NCBI GenBank assembly: GCA_949289305.1 | Contig: CASENB010000008.1 | Location: 87,307-151,306 of the forward strand | Length of the DNA stretch: 64,000 nucleotides | Direction of reading: 5' to 3' | Source of the DNA: an uncultured Spirochaetales bacterium | GTDB lineage: Bacteria > Spirochaetota > Spirochaetia > Sphaerochaetales > Sphaerochaetaceae | Part shown: positions 46,434-56,384 of the stretch, piece by piece | Numbering within the stretch: the first letter of the stretch is position 1 | How the letters are laid out: each line of letters opens with the position of its first letter | The notes under the pieces: generated by a model | Told to the model about the DNA's origin: nothing | The model's input: the letters and a program-made list of their open reading frames with translations, nothing else | Databases searched by the model: none | Program-made: the position numbers and the translations under genes

Positions 46434-46969
46434 TATACATTGAACTATTATTCGCATTTATTCAGATAGGCCTGTTTTCAATAGGCGGAGGATATGCGGC
46501 TCTTCCTCTGATCGAAAAGCAAGCAGTAGATATCCACTCGTGGCTTACAGCAGAAGGCTTTTCAGATATTATGACGATATCGGAAATGACTCCAGGCCCT
46601 ATTACCATAAACAGCGCAACATTTGTCGGCATGCAGGTGGCAGGAGTCCCTGGGGCAATATGCGCAACCCTTGGTGCGATTATCCCCTCCTCTATCATCG
46701 TAACGCTTCTCGCTTACCTATATTACCGCTATAAAGGACTTAAAGCGCTAGAGTGCGTATTATCATCGCTTCGCCCTGCAGTAGTTGCCATGATTGCAAC
46801 AGCGGCTATCACACTAAGCCGCACCGCTTTATTTGCTACGGGAAGCCTGTCGATTTTTAACCTTGTACTGCTTGCCATCTCTCTTGTCCTTTTAAAGGCA
46901 TTCCACTTAAGCCCGATTACCGTTATCGCGCTATCAGGAGGAATAGGAATTATTACTGCTTTAGTTTGA
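46430..46969 (+). CDS. chrA: Chromate transporter, short-chain CHR family (C-half type)
   Basis: 179 aa. IGLFSIGGGYAALPLI...TPGPITINSATFVG. Overlaps the upstream partner by 4 nt. Confidence 0.85.
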   Translation: MIYIELLFAFIQIGLFSIGGGYAALPLIEKQAVDIHSWLTAEGFSDIMTISEMTPGPITINSATFVGMQVAGVPGAICATLGAIIPSSIIVTLLAYLYYRYKGLKALECVLSSLRPAVVAMIATAAITLSRTALFATGSLSIFNLVLLAISLVLLKAFHLSPITVIALSGGIGIITALV

Positions 46970-47455
46970 AATGAGCGTACTTCCGCATTTAGCACTTAAA
47001 TGCTCTATTTTAAACTCAATCATAACAAGATGGTCAAATCCGCTTTCTATCTCTTTAGCTTTAGCGTCCTTGCTGACGCTAAAGCAATAACGCTCTGAGA
47101 GCTTATGTAGCGCCTCAAGTTTCTTTTTCTCATCTTCGATTATGGAAATTTTTCCAAAGGCTATCACGCTTTTATATGCTGTTGTAAATTTTTCTGGAAT
47201 CACATCATCTTTCGTAACAACAGAAAACGAAGCCTTGTCAGAATACCTTATAGAGTCTATCTTATGTCCTTCTATTGCAGAGTGAAAATATATTGCGCAT
47301 TCACTCTCATCAAAGACATAGCTAAGCGGAAGAGAGTACGGATAACCATCATCCGATAAAAGGGCAAGAGTTCCATGACTGGCCTCTTTAAGAATAGCAA
47401 TGGCTTCCTCTTTTCCCAGCTCCTGTTTAAAGCGTCTCATTTTTCTAAAGCTCAT
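46961..47455 (-). CDS. Pyridoxamine 5'-phosphate oxidase-family flavoprotein (NimA-like)
   Basis: 164 aa. MRRFKQEL...EAIAILKEASHGTLALLSDDGYPYSLPLSYVF is the typical split-barrel N-terminus. Confidence 0.75.
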   Translation of the reverse strand: MSFRKMRRFKQELGKEEAIAILKEASHGTLALLSDDGYPYSLPLSYVFDESECAIYFHSAIEGHKIDSIRYSDKASFSVVTKDDVIPEKFTTAYKSVIAFGKISIIEDEKKKLEALHKLSERYCFSVSKDAKAKEIESGFDHLVMIEFKIEHLSAKCGSTLISN

Positions 47456-47931
47456 AAAGTCTTCCTAAGATACACCATTCCCTCTTTTACAGGATTGTCA
47501 TTATACTTTTCTATCTCGTAAAAACCGTTTTTCTTATATAGTTTGATTGCGCTCTCAAGATTTGAAAGCGTATCTAATAAGATCTCTGTTGCACCCGACA
47601 CTTTTGCATCGTTTAGGATCTTGTGAAGCATTATATTTGAAATTCCATAACCTCTGAACTTCGGCCTGAGGTACATTCTTTTTAATTCGGCAGTCCTCTC
47701 ATCAAGCTTTTTAAAACCCACAGTTCCAGCAACTTCACCATCTACAAGGACAAGATAGAGCTTGCCAGAATTGTATTTGACATCAGGGTGCTCCTCTTCC
47801 TCGCTGTAATGCTGAAGTTCAAAGTAGGCCTTGAAATCGCTATTTGAGTTTATCAAAAGCTCTGTGTACTCTCTGAAAACCTCTTTTAAATCATCAAGCC
47901 TATCGGAGGCATTGATAAAACGAACATCCAT
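47452..47931 (-). CDS. GNAT-family N-acetyltransferase
   Basis: 159 aa. Acetyl-CoA motif A: LRPKFRGYGISNIMLHKIL. Confidence 0.8.
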   Translation of the reverse strand: MDVRFINASDRLDDLKEVFREYTELLINSNSDFKAYFELQHYSEEEEHPDVKYNSGKLYLVLVDGEVAGTVGFKKLDERTAELKRMYLRPKFRGYGISNIMLHKILNDAKVSGATEILLDTLSNLESAIKLYKKNGFYEIEKYNDNPVKEGMVYLRKTL

Positions 47932-50504
47932 CAGTTTTTCTTTCTTCTCCTAAAAGTGCTTTTCTTCTCAGGAGCTGAGGCGCAAAGCTCTTCCGCCCTC
48001 TGCTGAGTAAGGGATGAAGGATCTTTTTTATCTTCCTTTTGAAGAGCGACATTCTTATCTCCCCACTTCAGATATGGGCCATAACGTCCATCTACTAATT
48101 CAAGAGTGTTTCCCTCATAAGATTCAAAGCTTTTTATTACGCTTTTCTCACTCTTCTTCTCATCCTCTTCAAGCTCAGCCTTAAAACTTTCAAAGCTTAC
48201 TGTCTTAGGATCTTTTACACCTTTATTCTTCCCATTATAAGCGACGTAATAGCCATATGGGCCAAGACGTAGTTCTGCACATCCCCCTTCATCTTCCCCT
48301 AGCACTTTAGGAAGGCTCATGATAAACAGTGCATCGTCAGTGCCAAGCTCTTCAGCCTTTATGCTTTTGGGAAGGCTTACGCTTTTTTTATCGCTCTGCC
48401 TGTAAAGATAAGTATTAGTCCTTGAATGTCTGATCTCAATATCAGTTCCGCTTATGCATTCGGCCTTCTTGTTCTTGTTCTCAAATATCCTTTTCGCATC
48501 TTCATCTGTGAATGTGCCAGGGAAATAGATGCTCTGATCTAATGATGCGAAAGATGAAGCTCCATCGCTATCGGTCAACTCAAGATAAGGACCATACTTT
48601 CCGTTTTTTATTTGGTAGTCGTACTCTTTTCCATCGGATGAGAATTTATATGCAAGCTTATCTAAATGAAGAGTTTTTGCTTCGCTTATTCTAACTCCTC
48701 TGCTTACCTCGCTTACATCTTCTTTAAGACCTTTGTACTTACCGCCGCCTTTCCAGAACTGATCTAGATACTCCTTTTTATCCTCTTCTCCTCTTGCGAT
48801 CTTATCAAGGCCTTCCTCCATTCTTGATGTGAAGTCATAACCGACATAGAGAGGGAACTGTGAATCTAGGAAATCGGAAACGAAAAAACCTAAGAAAGTC
48901 GGGACTAAAGAGTTCTTCTGTTTCACAGCATACCCTTTGCTTAATATGGTTGTAATGATCTGAGCATATGTGCTAGGTCTTCCAATACCTTTTTCTTCAA
49001 GCATTCTGACAAGGGTTGCCTCATTGAATCTCTGCTTAGGCTCCGTTCTATGGGATAGGCACGCAGCATCTACGACAGTTCTTTTTTCTCCGACGTTTAA
49101 ATGTGGAAGCATGTTGGCATTCTCAGCCTCATCTTCTTCCCCCTGTACATCGTTTGACTCGGAATAGACTTTTAAAAATCCGTCAAATAGGATTTCGCTT
49201 CCGCTTGCGCTTATTCCATATTCTCCACATTCGAGGCTTAACTTAGTTGTTGCTTTTTCTGCCTCTTTCATCTGGGTTGCAAGCGTTCTTTTCCAGATCA
49301 AAGTATATAGTTTAAGCTCATCTCCAGAAAGTCCAGTATCCTTTGGGGTTCTGAAAGTGTCCCCTGCAGGACGGATCGCCTCATGCGCTTCCTGGGCAGA
49401 TTCGCTCTTAGCTTTGTAATTTCGTTCCTTATTTGATAGATATGCTTGACCGTAAAGCTCTTTTATTTGTGCCCTTGATGCTTTAATACATTCTGTCGAA
49501 AGATTCGGGCTGTCCGTTCTCATATATGTTATAAAGCCTTTTTCGTAAAGGCTCTGAGCAATGCTCATGATCTCCCTTACGCTCTTATTCAACTTTCTTG
49601 AGGCATCCTGCTGAAGAGTACTTGTAATAAATGGATACGAAGGAAATACTTTGCTCTCTTTTCTGTCTACACTTTTAACGGTAGCCTCTTTCCCACGTAA
49701 ATCGTTAATAATTGATACGGTATCGGCCTCAGTAAGCACTCGATAGCCTTTCTTTACAGATCCGTCAGAACCATCGAAACTATTCTTTGTCGCGATATCC
49801 ACATCACCGATGGAATCCAATCTAGCCTTAAAATCATCGAAGAATATGTTAACGCTCGCATAATCGTTAGAAACAAAAGATCTCCTTTCTTTCTCACGCT
49901 CTACGATGAGTTTAAGCCCTGGAGACTGAACGCGCCCAGCAGAGGCTTTAGAAAAACCGATCTTGCGAGCAAGAATTGGACTTATCTCGTAGCCTTGAAG
50001 ACGGTCGATAGCCCTTCTTGCTTCCTGAGCGGATACGAGATTCATGTCAATTTCCCTGCAATTGTTAAATGCGTTCTCTATCGCGCTTTTAGTAATCTCA
50101 TGGAATACCATCCTATAACATGGAACCTGAGGTTTTAAATTGTTATAAAGATGCCATGCGATAGACTCTCCTTCCCTATCCTCATCACTTGCAAGTATTA
50201 GCTGCTCCGAGTTTTTAAGCTCCTTTTTCATCTCGTTAATGAGCTTTTTCTTCTCATCGCTTATCTCATACTCAAGATCATAAGAGTTATCTACATTAAC
50301 ACCATGAACGCCGGTCTTAGGCTGTACGGCGAGATCTTCAATGTGTCCCCTGCTCGCCATAACAGTGCAAGAACTGCCTAAATATTTTTTTATCGTCTTT
50401 GCCTTAGTAGGTGACTCTACTATTATCAGACTCTTCTTATTCGGATCTGCTTTCACTTTATTTTCCCTCTTTGAGAAAATATTAGCATAAAAACAGTTTG
50501 TCAA
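47931..50504 (-). CDS. topA: DNA topoisomerase I
   Basis: 857 aa. TOPRIM start LIIVESPTKAKTI, active-site ITYMRTDS, and Cys-free C-terminal GxYGPY repeats. Confidence 0.92.
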   Translation of the reverse strand: MTNCFYANIFSKRENKVKADPNKKSLIIVESPTKAKTIKKYLGSSCTVMASRGHIEDLAVQPKTGVHGVNVDNSYDLEYEISDEKKKLINEMKKELKNSEQLILASDEDREGESIAWHLYNNLKPQVPCYRMVFHEITKSAIENAFNNCREIDMNLVSAQEARRAIDRLQGYEISPILARKIGFSKASAGRVQSPGLKLIVEREKERRSFVSNDYASVNIFFDDFKARLDSIGDVDIATKNSFDGSDGSVKKGYRVLTEADTVSIINDLRGKEATVKSVDRKESKVFPSYPFITSTLQQDASRKLNKSVREIMSIAQSLYEKGFITYMRTDSPNLSTECIKASRAQIKELYGQAYLSNKERNYKAKSESAQEAHEAIRPAGDTFRTPKDTGLSGDELKLYTLIWKRTLATQMKEAEKATTKLSLECGEYGISASGSEILFDGFLKVYSESNDVQGEEDEAENANMLPHLNVGEKRTVVDAACLSHRTEPKQRFNEATLVRMLEEKGIGRPSTYAQIITTILSKGYAVKQKNSLVPTFLGFFVSDFLDSQFPLYVGYDFTSRMEEGLDKIARGEEDKKEYLDQFWKGGGKYKGLKEDVSEVSRGVRISEAKTLHLDKLAYKFSSDGKEYDYQIKNGKYGPYLELTDSDGASSFASLDQSIYFPGTFTDEDAKRIFENKNKKAECISGTDIEIRHSRTNTYLYRQSDKKSVSLPKSIKAEELGTDDALFIMSLPKVLGEDEGGCAELRLGPYGYYVAYNGKNKGVKDPKTVSFESFKAELEEDEKKSEKSVIKSFESYEGNTLELVDGRYGPYLKWGDKNVALQKEDKKDPSSLTQQRAEELCASAPEKKSTFRRRKKN

Positions 50505-50549
50505 CCTTCAAAAAGGGCTTTTGCCAATTTCCCCTAAAGGGGAAGAATT

Positions 50550-51353
50550 TTACTCGATATTTTTCAAGATAAAAGAACCGTCAGTACTGTTTTCATCTGG
50601 ACAGGAGAAGTAGAAAGAACTTAAAATTGACGGCCCAGTAACTAGAAATGCCATTGACTTAACGCCATTTTCATCCAAGAAGAACGTAAATGATGTAATT
50701 GCTTCAATAGTAAGTCCGAACGCCCTAGTATCAACATAGCTCACGGTCTTTAATGGAGAGACTTCCATGCTCTTAAGTATCCAGCGGCTCGGGTCTATCG
50801 AGCTCTTATTGAAAAGTTCTGCATTCTCTCTATAGATAACGGCCTGATCGCTTGTCCCTTTATAGTCTACCCATGAGACAGGCGTATTTAAATCAAAAAG
50901 AGGAAAAAGACGAAGTTCCCTTCCGTCTTTCGATTTCATATATATCTCATTGTACTGTCCGTAAGTCTCATCCTCTACGGTCTTGACTTTGAGCCGAATC
51001 TCTCGCACTCTGCCTTTATTGTCCTCGTCCGTAGTGTTTACCCAAAGATATATGCCGTCCCAGTTGGTTGTTTTAAAACTATCAAACTCCGCACTTATGT
51101 CTGAATTATCAGCACGTCTATATGCAATGGAAAGAGCATAATCTGTATTTGATTTTAAATTAGTCAGTTCGTAACAAGTTGCAGTTCCGTCAAGTCGAGC
51201 TTGGAATATATTATCTATATAGATATCTATATAGACGGTATCTTCAGGCGCTTTAAAATTTAGTTCAGCACCATACGGACTTGGGCTAAGCTCTAGCGCA
51301 TATGCCGTACTTAGCAAAAAAAACATAATTAATACAAATGCAGCCTTTTTCAC
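50550..51353 (-). CDS. Hypothetical secreted protein with an N-terminal FN3-like segment
   Basis: 267 aa. Signal peptide MKKAAFVLIMFFLLSTAYA. The segment YELTNLKSNTDYALSI resembles the FN3 strand F/G signature. Confidence 0.5.
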   Translation of the reverse strand: MKKAAFVLIMFFLLSTAYALELSPSPYGAELNFKAPEDTVYIDIYIDNIFQARLDGTATCYELTNLKSNTDYALSIAYRRADNSDISAEFDSFKTTNWDGIYLWVNTTDEDNKGRVREIRLKVKTVEDETYGQYNEIYMKSKDGRELRLFPLFDLNTPVSWVDYKGTSDQAVIYRENAELFNKSSIDPSRWILKSMEVSPLKTVSYVDTRAFGLTIEAITSFTFFLDENGVKSMAFLVTGPSILSSFYFSCPDENSTDGSFILKNIE

Positions 51354-51393
51354 TTGCCTTGCTCCTTACTCAAATTAACTGTATCCTTAAAGT

Positions 51394-52095
51394 ATGAAAA
51401 AATTGTTAACATCAATACTATTATTAACTCTTATTCTCATATCTTCATGTCAAGTTAGTGAAAATATTACCATCAAAGATAATATTAGCACTAGTGAGAC
51501 AAATATCGAAGTATACGATTTTTTTATTGCAGTTCTGAATGACTTCTCTCAATTTATGGACAATCCTAACGATGCTTCAATTGTAAATACCGCTTTTAGC
51601 GATTTTGCGAACGGCTTAGCTTCAAACGAAAACAACAGCAACGTCGTCTATATGGCAAACGAAGGAAATAAATACTACCTGTCATTCGATTTTGTAAGCA
51701 TTAGCAATGCACTCTCTTCAATTTCTGCAAGCGACAACACAATATTAAAACAGGATGGAAATTCGATTGACTTCTATCTGGATATCAACAACTATCCAGA
51801 ATTAAAGGCCATGATACCATTTTTATCAGATCCTAACTTTGAAGTATATGGACCAGAGTACAATCAGGGCATGAGCGAAGCAGATTACCTCGACATGATC
51901 TTCTATCTGCTTGGAGAGGAAGCTCCGGATGCAATCAGAAACAGTACGATTGAAATCAACTTCGCTCTCCCAGGAACAATAACAGAGAGTTCCGGGGTAA
52001 CCGTCACTGGGGATAATACATGCACATACTCATTCCCCCTAATCGATTTTCTTCTCCTAAACGAGCCTATGAGCTTCTCTATAACTTGGAATTGA
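51394..52095 (+). CDS. Hypothetical lipoprotein
   Basis: 233 aa. Signal plus lipobox LILISSC. No recognisable domain. Confidence 0.55.
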   Translation: MKKLLTSILLLTLILISSCQVSENITIKDNISTSETNIEVYDFFIAVLNDFSQFMDNPNDASIVNTAFSDFANGLASNENNSNVVYMANEGNKYYLSFDFVSISNALSSISASDNTILKQDGNSIDFYLDINNYPELKAMIPFLSDPNFEVYGPEYNQGMSEADYLDMIFYLLGEEAPDAIRNSTIEINFALPGTITESSGVTVTGDNTCTYSFPLIDFLLLNEPMSFSITWN

Positions 52096-52424
52096 AAGCA
52101 TTAGATTACATAGTTGCAATCATATTCATATCTCTAATCGTCCTTTCTTTCTTCTTATATGAAGGAGGGGACGATGTTATTATCAATGCAAATGGCATTG
52201 AATACAGCTATCCTTTAAGCGAAGACAGGACGTTTTCTGTCATCGGCCCTCTTGGCGAGACGACAATAGAAATAAAGGACGGCTCTGTCAGGATAATAGA
52301 CTCCCCATGCCCAAACAAGACCTGTTTGAACACCAGTTTGGGAAGAAGCATTTGCTGCCTGCCAAACAGGGTGCTTATCACAATAAGCGAAAAAGATGGA
52401 GATATAGATGCCTATGCTTACTAA
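52092..52424 (+). CDS. NusG domain II-containing protein (formerly DUF1312)
   Basis: TM helix followed by GETTIEIKDGSVRIIDSPCPNKTC...ICCLPNRVLI, the conserved Cys-containing beta-domain of this family. I prefer the in-frame TTG at 52092, which overlaps the upstream stop, to the ATG at 52020 inside the previous gene. Confidence 0.65.
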   Translation: MKALDYIVAIIFISLIVLSFFLYEGGDDVIINANGIEYSYPLSEDRTFSVIGPLGETTIEIKDGSVRIIDSPCPNKTCLNTSLGRSICCLPNRVLITISEKDGDIDAYAY

Positions 52425-53454
52425 AAGGATTATTAATCTTTCTGCATTATCGCTTTTTCTCGCACTTATCGAAAACTTCATCCCTCGCCCACTTCCATTT
52501 TTTCGTCTCGGGCTGGCAAATATTTCAATGCTTATCGCATTAAAAGATTTTAATGCAAAAGAATACTTTACGCTCTCCGTTTTTAAAGCGCTATCGACAT
52601 CTTACATATCAGGAACATTAATATCGCCATTCTTCTTACTTTCGCTTTCTCAAAGCATAGCAAGTTCTTTTCTTATGTATGTCTCGTATAAAACGCTAAA
52701 AGAGAAAATTAGCGTCTACGGGATTTCCCTGATCGGCGCACTCACATCTACGATAGTCCAGATAGCACTGGCAAGTCTTATGCTTGGAAGAGGAATATTC
52801 TCGTTTTTATCCATAATGCTAATTATTTCATTCTGTTCCGCTTTCATAACGGCATTCATCTCAAAGAAGATAAATTTCGATTATAATAAAGACACAAAAG
52901 ACAATGGCAGAACTGATATAAAAAAAGGATATGGCATAATTCTTTTTTTAATAATACTGATCGCAGTTTCTTTAGAAAACATCGCTGCTCTAATCACCGC
53001 ATTCGTCTTCACTATAATTATGAACTGCCATATGGGAGGGAAGTTCAAGCCATTAAATTACATTGTTTTAATTTTAGTCTGCACTTTCAGCGCACTCATT
53101 ACCCCCAGAGGGGAAGTGCTGGCCAGAATATTCGGTTTTCCAATCACTGCGCTTTCATTATCTGAAGGAATTCAAAACGGGTTAAGGCTGTCGCTTTTAA
53201 TGGCGCTTAGCCTAAGCCTATCAAAATACCTCATAAAAGGAGGCGCCATATCATCAATATTAAATAAGTTTTTCATCATGGAAAGTTCTTTCTATACAAA
53301 AGATGGCGCTTTATTAGCTAGAGTGAAGTATGCTCTTAATGCAGATGAAGTAGATAATGTGAAAGAAAACTCTTATAATGTACCATACTTCACTTCAATT
53401 TTAATTTTAATTGTTTTAAGTGCACTCAAACTCATAGAAATCTCATTTTTATAA
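52408..53454 (+). CDS. Gx transporter family protein (heptaprenyl diphosphate synthase component I-like, PF07456-type)
   Basis: 348 aa polytopic. N-terminal LIENFIPRPLPFFRLGLANI hallmark. Usual genomic partner of NusG-II proteins. Confidence 0.65.
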   Translation: MPMLTKRIINLSALSLFLALIENFIPRPLPFFRLGLANISMLIALKDFNAKEYFTLSVFKALSTSYISGTLISPFFLLSLSQSIASSFLMYVSYKTLKEKISVYGISLIGALTSTIVQIALASLMLGRGIFSFLSIMLIISFCSAFITAFISKKINFDYNKDTKDNGRTDIKKGYGIILFLIILIAVSLENIAALITAFVFTIIMNCHMGGKFKPLNYIVLILVCTFSALITPRGEVLARIFGFPITALSLSEGIQNGLRLSLLMALSLSLSKYLIKGGAISSILNKFFIMESSFYTKDGALLARVKYALNADEVDNVKENSYNVPYFTSILILIVLSALKLIEISFL

Positions 53455-53540
53455 GTGGTTTTATTGTATTTTTTCTAATGCATTGACATTCGACAAAGAA
53501 TTATATAAATTTTTATCGATAACTAATAAGGAGAACCAAA

Positions 53541-56201
53541 ATGGCTGAAGTTATTGAACAGTTTGCTGGAGAGAAAGAACTCCAGGAGATGATTGAAAAA
53601 GTAAAGAGAGCCCAGCTTGTATACGCAAACTATCCACAAGAGAAAGTTGACGCTATCTTCCGTGCGGCATCCATTGCAGCAAACAATGCGCGTATCAGCC
53701 TTGCTCAAGATGCTGTAGAAGAGACAGGAATGGGCATTGTTGAGGATAAGGTTATAAAGAACCACTTCTCAGCCGAATACATCTTCCATAAATACAAGGA
53801 TGACAAGACATGCGGGATTATAGAGAACGATCCGGCATTCGGAATTAAAAAGATCGCAGAGCCAAAAGGCGTTATCTGCGGTATCATACCAACGACAAAC
53901 CCAACAAGTACGGCAATCTTTAAATCCCTTATTGCGCTTAAGACAAGAAACGCAATTATTTTCAGCCCGCACCCAAGGGCAAAGAAATGCACATGCGACG
54001 CTGCAAGAATCGTACTTGAGGCAGCTGTAGCTGCAGGTGCTCCAGAGAACATTATCGGCTGGATCGAAGAGCCTTCAATGGAAAAGACAAATTACCTTAT
54101 GCACCATCCGCATGTAAATCTTATTCTTGCAACAGGCGGACCAGGAATGGTTAAGTCAGCATACTCATCAGGAAAGCCTGCAATCGGAGTTGGAGCCGGC
54201 AACACGCCTGCCCTACTCGACAAGAGCTGCAATATAAAGATGGCTGTAGCATCCATTTTAATGAGTAAGACTTTCGACAATGGTGTTGTTTGTGCTTCCG
54301 AGCAGTGCATTATCGCACACAAGGACATCTATCAGGAAGTAAAGAAGGAGCTCAAAGAACAGGGAGCACATTTCCTGACAAAAGATGAGATGGCAAAACT
54401 GAGCCCGATCATCCTTGATCCTCAGCGCGGATCTGTAAACCCGAAGATCGTAGGACAGCCTGCATATAAGATTGCAGAGATTGCAGGATTCTCAGTACCA
54501 AAGAATACGAAAGTATTAATCGGAGAGGTTAAGAAGGTAGCAGCAGAAGAGCCGTTTGCACACGAAAAGCTCTCTCCTGTTCTTGGAATGTATTCATGCG
54601 ACAACTTCGGCGAAGGAGCTATGATGGCAGCTCAGCTTATCGCACTTGGCGGTTTCGGACACACATCAGTTCTATATATCGACGAAAAAGAGCAGGATAA
54701 GATCGACACGTACGGAAAGACTGTTAAGACAAGCAGAGTCCTGATCAACATGCCTGCAAGCCAGGGCGCTATCGGAGACATCTACAACTTCCGTCTAGAA
54801 CCATCGCTTACCCTCGGTTGCGGATCATGGGGCAACAACAGCATCAGCGAAAACGTAGGCCCTAAGCACTTACTTAACATCAAGACAGTAGCAGAGAGGA
54901 GGGAGAACATGCTCTGGTTCAAGTTGCCGCCAAAAATCTATTTCAAGTATGGCTGTCTGCCTGTAGCTCTTCAGGAGCTGGAAGGAAAGAAGAGAGCATT
55001 CATCGTTACAGACAGTTTCCTCTTCTCCACAGGCATGATCGATCGAATTCAGGACTCCCTTGCTCAGATCGGAGTTGAGACGGAAGTATTCCATCAGGTA
55101 AAACCAGATCCGACGCTTGGAACGATTAACACTGCAATGCAGCTCGTTAACGCTTATAAGCCTGATGTAATCATCGCTGTCGGAGGTGGTTCTCCAATGG
55201 ATGCAGCAAAGATCATCTGGCTGCTTTACGAGCATCCAGAAGTACAGTTCGAAGGACTTGCCCTACGCTTCATGGATATCAGAAAGAGAATCTACGCATT
55301 CCCTAACATGGGTAAGAAAGCAGAACTCGTATGTATTCCAACCACAAGCGGAACAGGAAGCGAAGTAACGCCATTTGCTATCATCACGGATGAAAAGACC
55401 GGAATGAAGTGGGCTATTGCAGACTATGCATTAACTCCAAGCATGGCTATCGTAGACAGCGAACTTGCAATGGGACAGCCAAAAGGACTTACTGCAAGCT
55501 GCGGTATCGACGTACTGACACACGCACTTGAGGCTCTTGCATCAAGCATGAGTACAGACTATACGAACTCCCTGTCTCTTGAGGCTGCAAGAATCATCTT
55601 CAAATACCTGCCGCAGGCATATGAGGATGGAACGAATAAGAAAGCTAGAGAGAAAGTTCATGATGCATCAACTATGGCAGGCATGGCATTTAGCAACGCG
55701 TTCTTAGGTCTATGTCACTCAATGGCGCATAAGCTTGGAGCTCAGTTCCATGTACCACACGGAATGGCAAACGCTCTGCTTCTAACGAACATCATCCGCT
55801 TCAATGCGAATGACAATCCAACAAAGCAGGCTTCATTCCCTCAGTACGAATTCCCATCTGCAATCAGCAGATATGCAAGAGTTGCCGACTATATCTCAAC
55901 TCCTGTAAACAACGAGAAGAATACCGATTTGATGGATAGCAGAAATGCTAAGACATTGGAAGAAAAGGTAGAGATCCTCATTGATGGAATTGAAAAGCTC
56001 AAGAAGCAGCTTAACGTTCCATCTTCCATTCAGGAATGGGGCGTAAGCGAAGAGGACTTCCTCGCTGTAGTCGATGATCTTTCAGTGAAAGCATTTGACG
56101 ATCAGTGCACAGGATCAAACCCACGCTATCCGCTTATAAGCCAGATCAAGCAGCTCTATCTAGATTCATTCTACGGCAGAGCATGGAAAGAAGAAGTTTA
56201 A
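53541..56201 (+). CDS. adhE: Bifunctional acetaldehyde-CoA/alcohol dehydrogenase
   Basis: 886 aa. N-terminal ALDH domain (catalytic Cys in FDNGVVCASEQ) and a C-terminal Fe-ADH domain (GGGSPMDAAK, HSMAHKLG). TTGACA promoter and AAGGAGA RBS upstream. Confidence 0.95.
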   Translation: MAEVIEQFAGEKELQEMIEKVKRAQLVYANYPQEKVDAIFRAASIAANNARISLAQDAVEETGMGIVEDKVIKNHFSAEYIFHKYKDDKTCGIIENDPAFGIKKIAEPKGVICGIIPTTNPTSTAIFKSLIALKTRNAIIFSPHPRAKKCTCDAARIVLEAAVAAGAPENIIGWIEEPSMEKTNYLMHHPHVNLILATGGPGMVKSAYSSGKPAIGVGAGNTPALLDKSCNIKMAVASILMSKTFDNGVVCASEQCIIAHKDIYQEVKKELKEQGAHFLTKDEMAKLSPIILDPQRGSVNPKIVGQPAYKIAEIAGFSVPKNTKVLIGEVKKVAAEEPFAHEKLSPVLGMYSCDNFGEGAMMAAQLIALGGFGHTSVLYIDEKEQDKIDTYGKTVKTSRVLINMPASQGAIGDIYNFRLEPSLTLGCGSWGNNSISENVGPKHLLNIKTVAERRENMLWFKLPPKIYFKYGCLPVALQELEGKKRAFIVTDSFLFSTGMIDRIQDSLAQIGVETEVFHQVKPDPTLGTINTAMQLVNAYKPDVIIAVGGGSPMDAAKIIWLLYEHPEVQFEGLALRFMDIRKRIYAFPNMGKKAELVCIPTTSGTGSEVTPFAIITDEKTGMKWAIADYALTPSMAIVDSELAMGQPKGLTASCGIDVLTHALEALASSMSTDYTNSLSLEAARIIFKYLPQAYEDGTNKKAREKVHDASTMAGMAFSNAFLGLCHSMAHKLGAQFHVPHGMANALLLTNIIRFNANDNPTKQASFPQYEFPSAISRYARVADYISTPVNNEKNTDLMDSRNAKTLEEKVEILIDGIEKLKKQLNVPSSIQEWGVSEEDFLAVVDDLSVKAFDDQCTGSNPRYPLISQIKQLYLDSFYGRAWKEEV

Positions 56202-56221
56202 CTTCAACGACTATCATAAAG

Positions 56222-56250
56222 CCCACGCAAGAAACTGCGTGGGTTTTTCT
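56222..56250 (+). terminator. Rho-independent terminator of adhE
   Basis: CCCACGCA (56222..56229), loop AGAAAC, TGCGTGGG (56236..56243), then TTTTTCTTT. Confidence 0.85.
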
Positions 56251-56384
56251 TTAAAATAATCATTAGCATATTATAAATTATACGTAATTTTTATTTCCGT
56301 ATTAGGAATAATAATTTTAATTTTTAATTTTATATATCAATATTTTTCTTAGCTTTTAAATCTTTTTTGTCTTACAATATAAGC

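Noticed and set aside
45882-46969. Two half-size chromate-transporter ORFs that could be read as a frameshifted chrA pseudogene.
   Set aside because: Each half has its own start and an intact CHR domain, with a 4-nt overlap. Short-chain CHR pairs are an established natural arrangement.
50529-50544. Hairpin TTCCCC-TAAA-GGGGAA between the secreted-protein gene and topA.
   Set aside because: The stem is short and has no adjacent T-tract in the relevant (minus) orientation. I cannot support it as a terminator or regulatory site.
52020-52091. ATG-initiated extension of the NusG-II ORF that overlaps the lipoprotein gene by 76 nt.
   Set aside because: The conserved TM helix and domain begin after the in-frame TTG at 52092, and that start overlaps the upstream stop. 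The extension has no family-like sequence.
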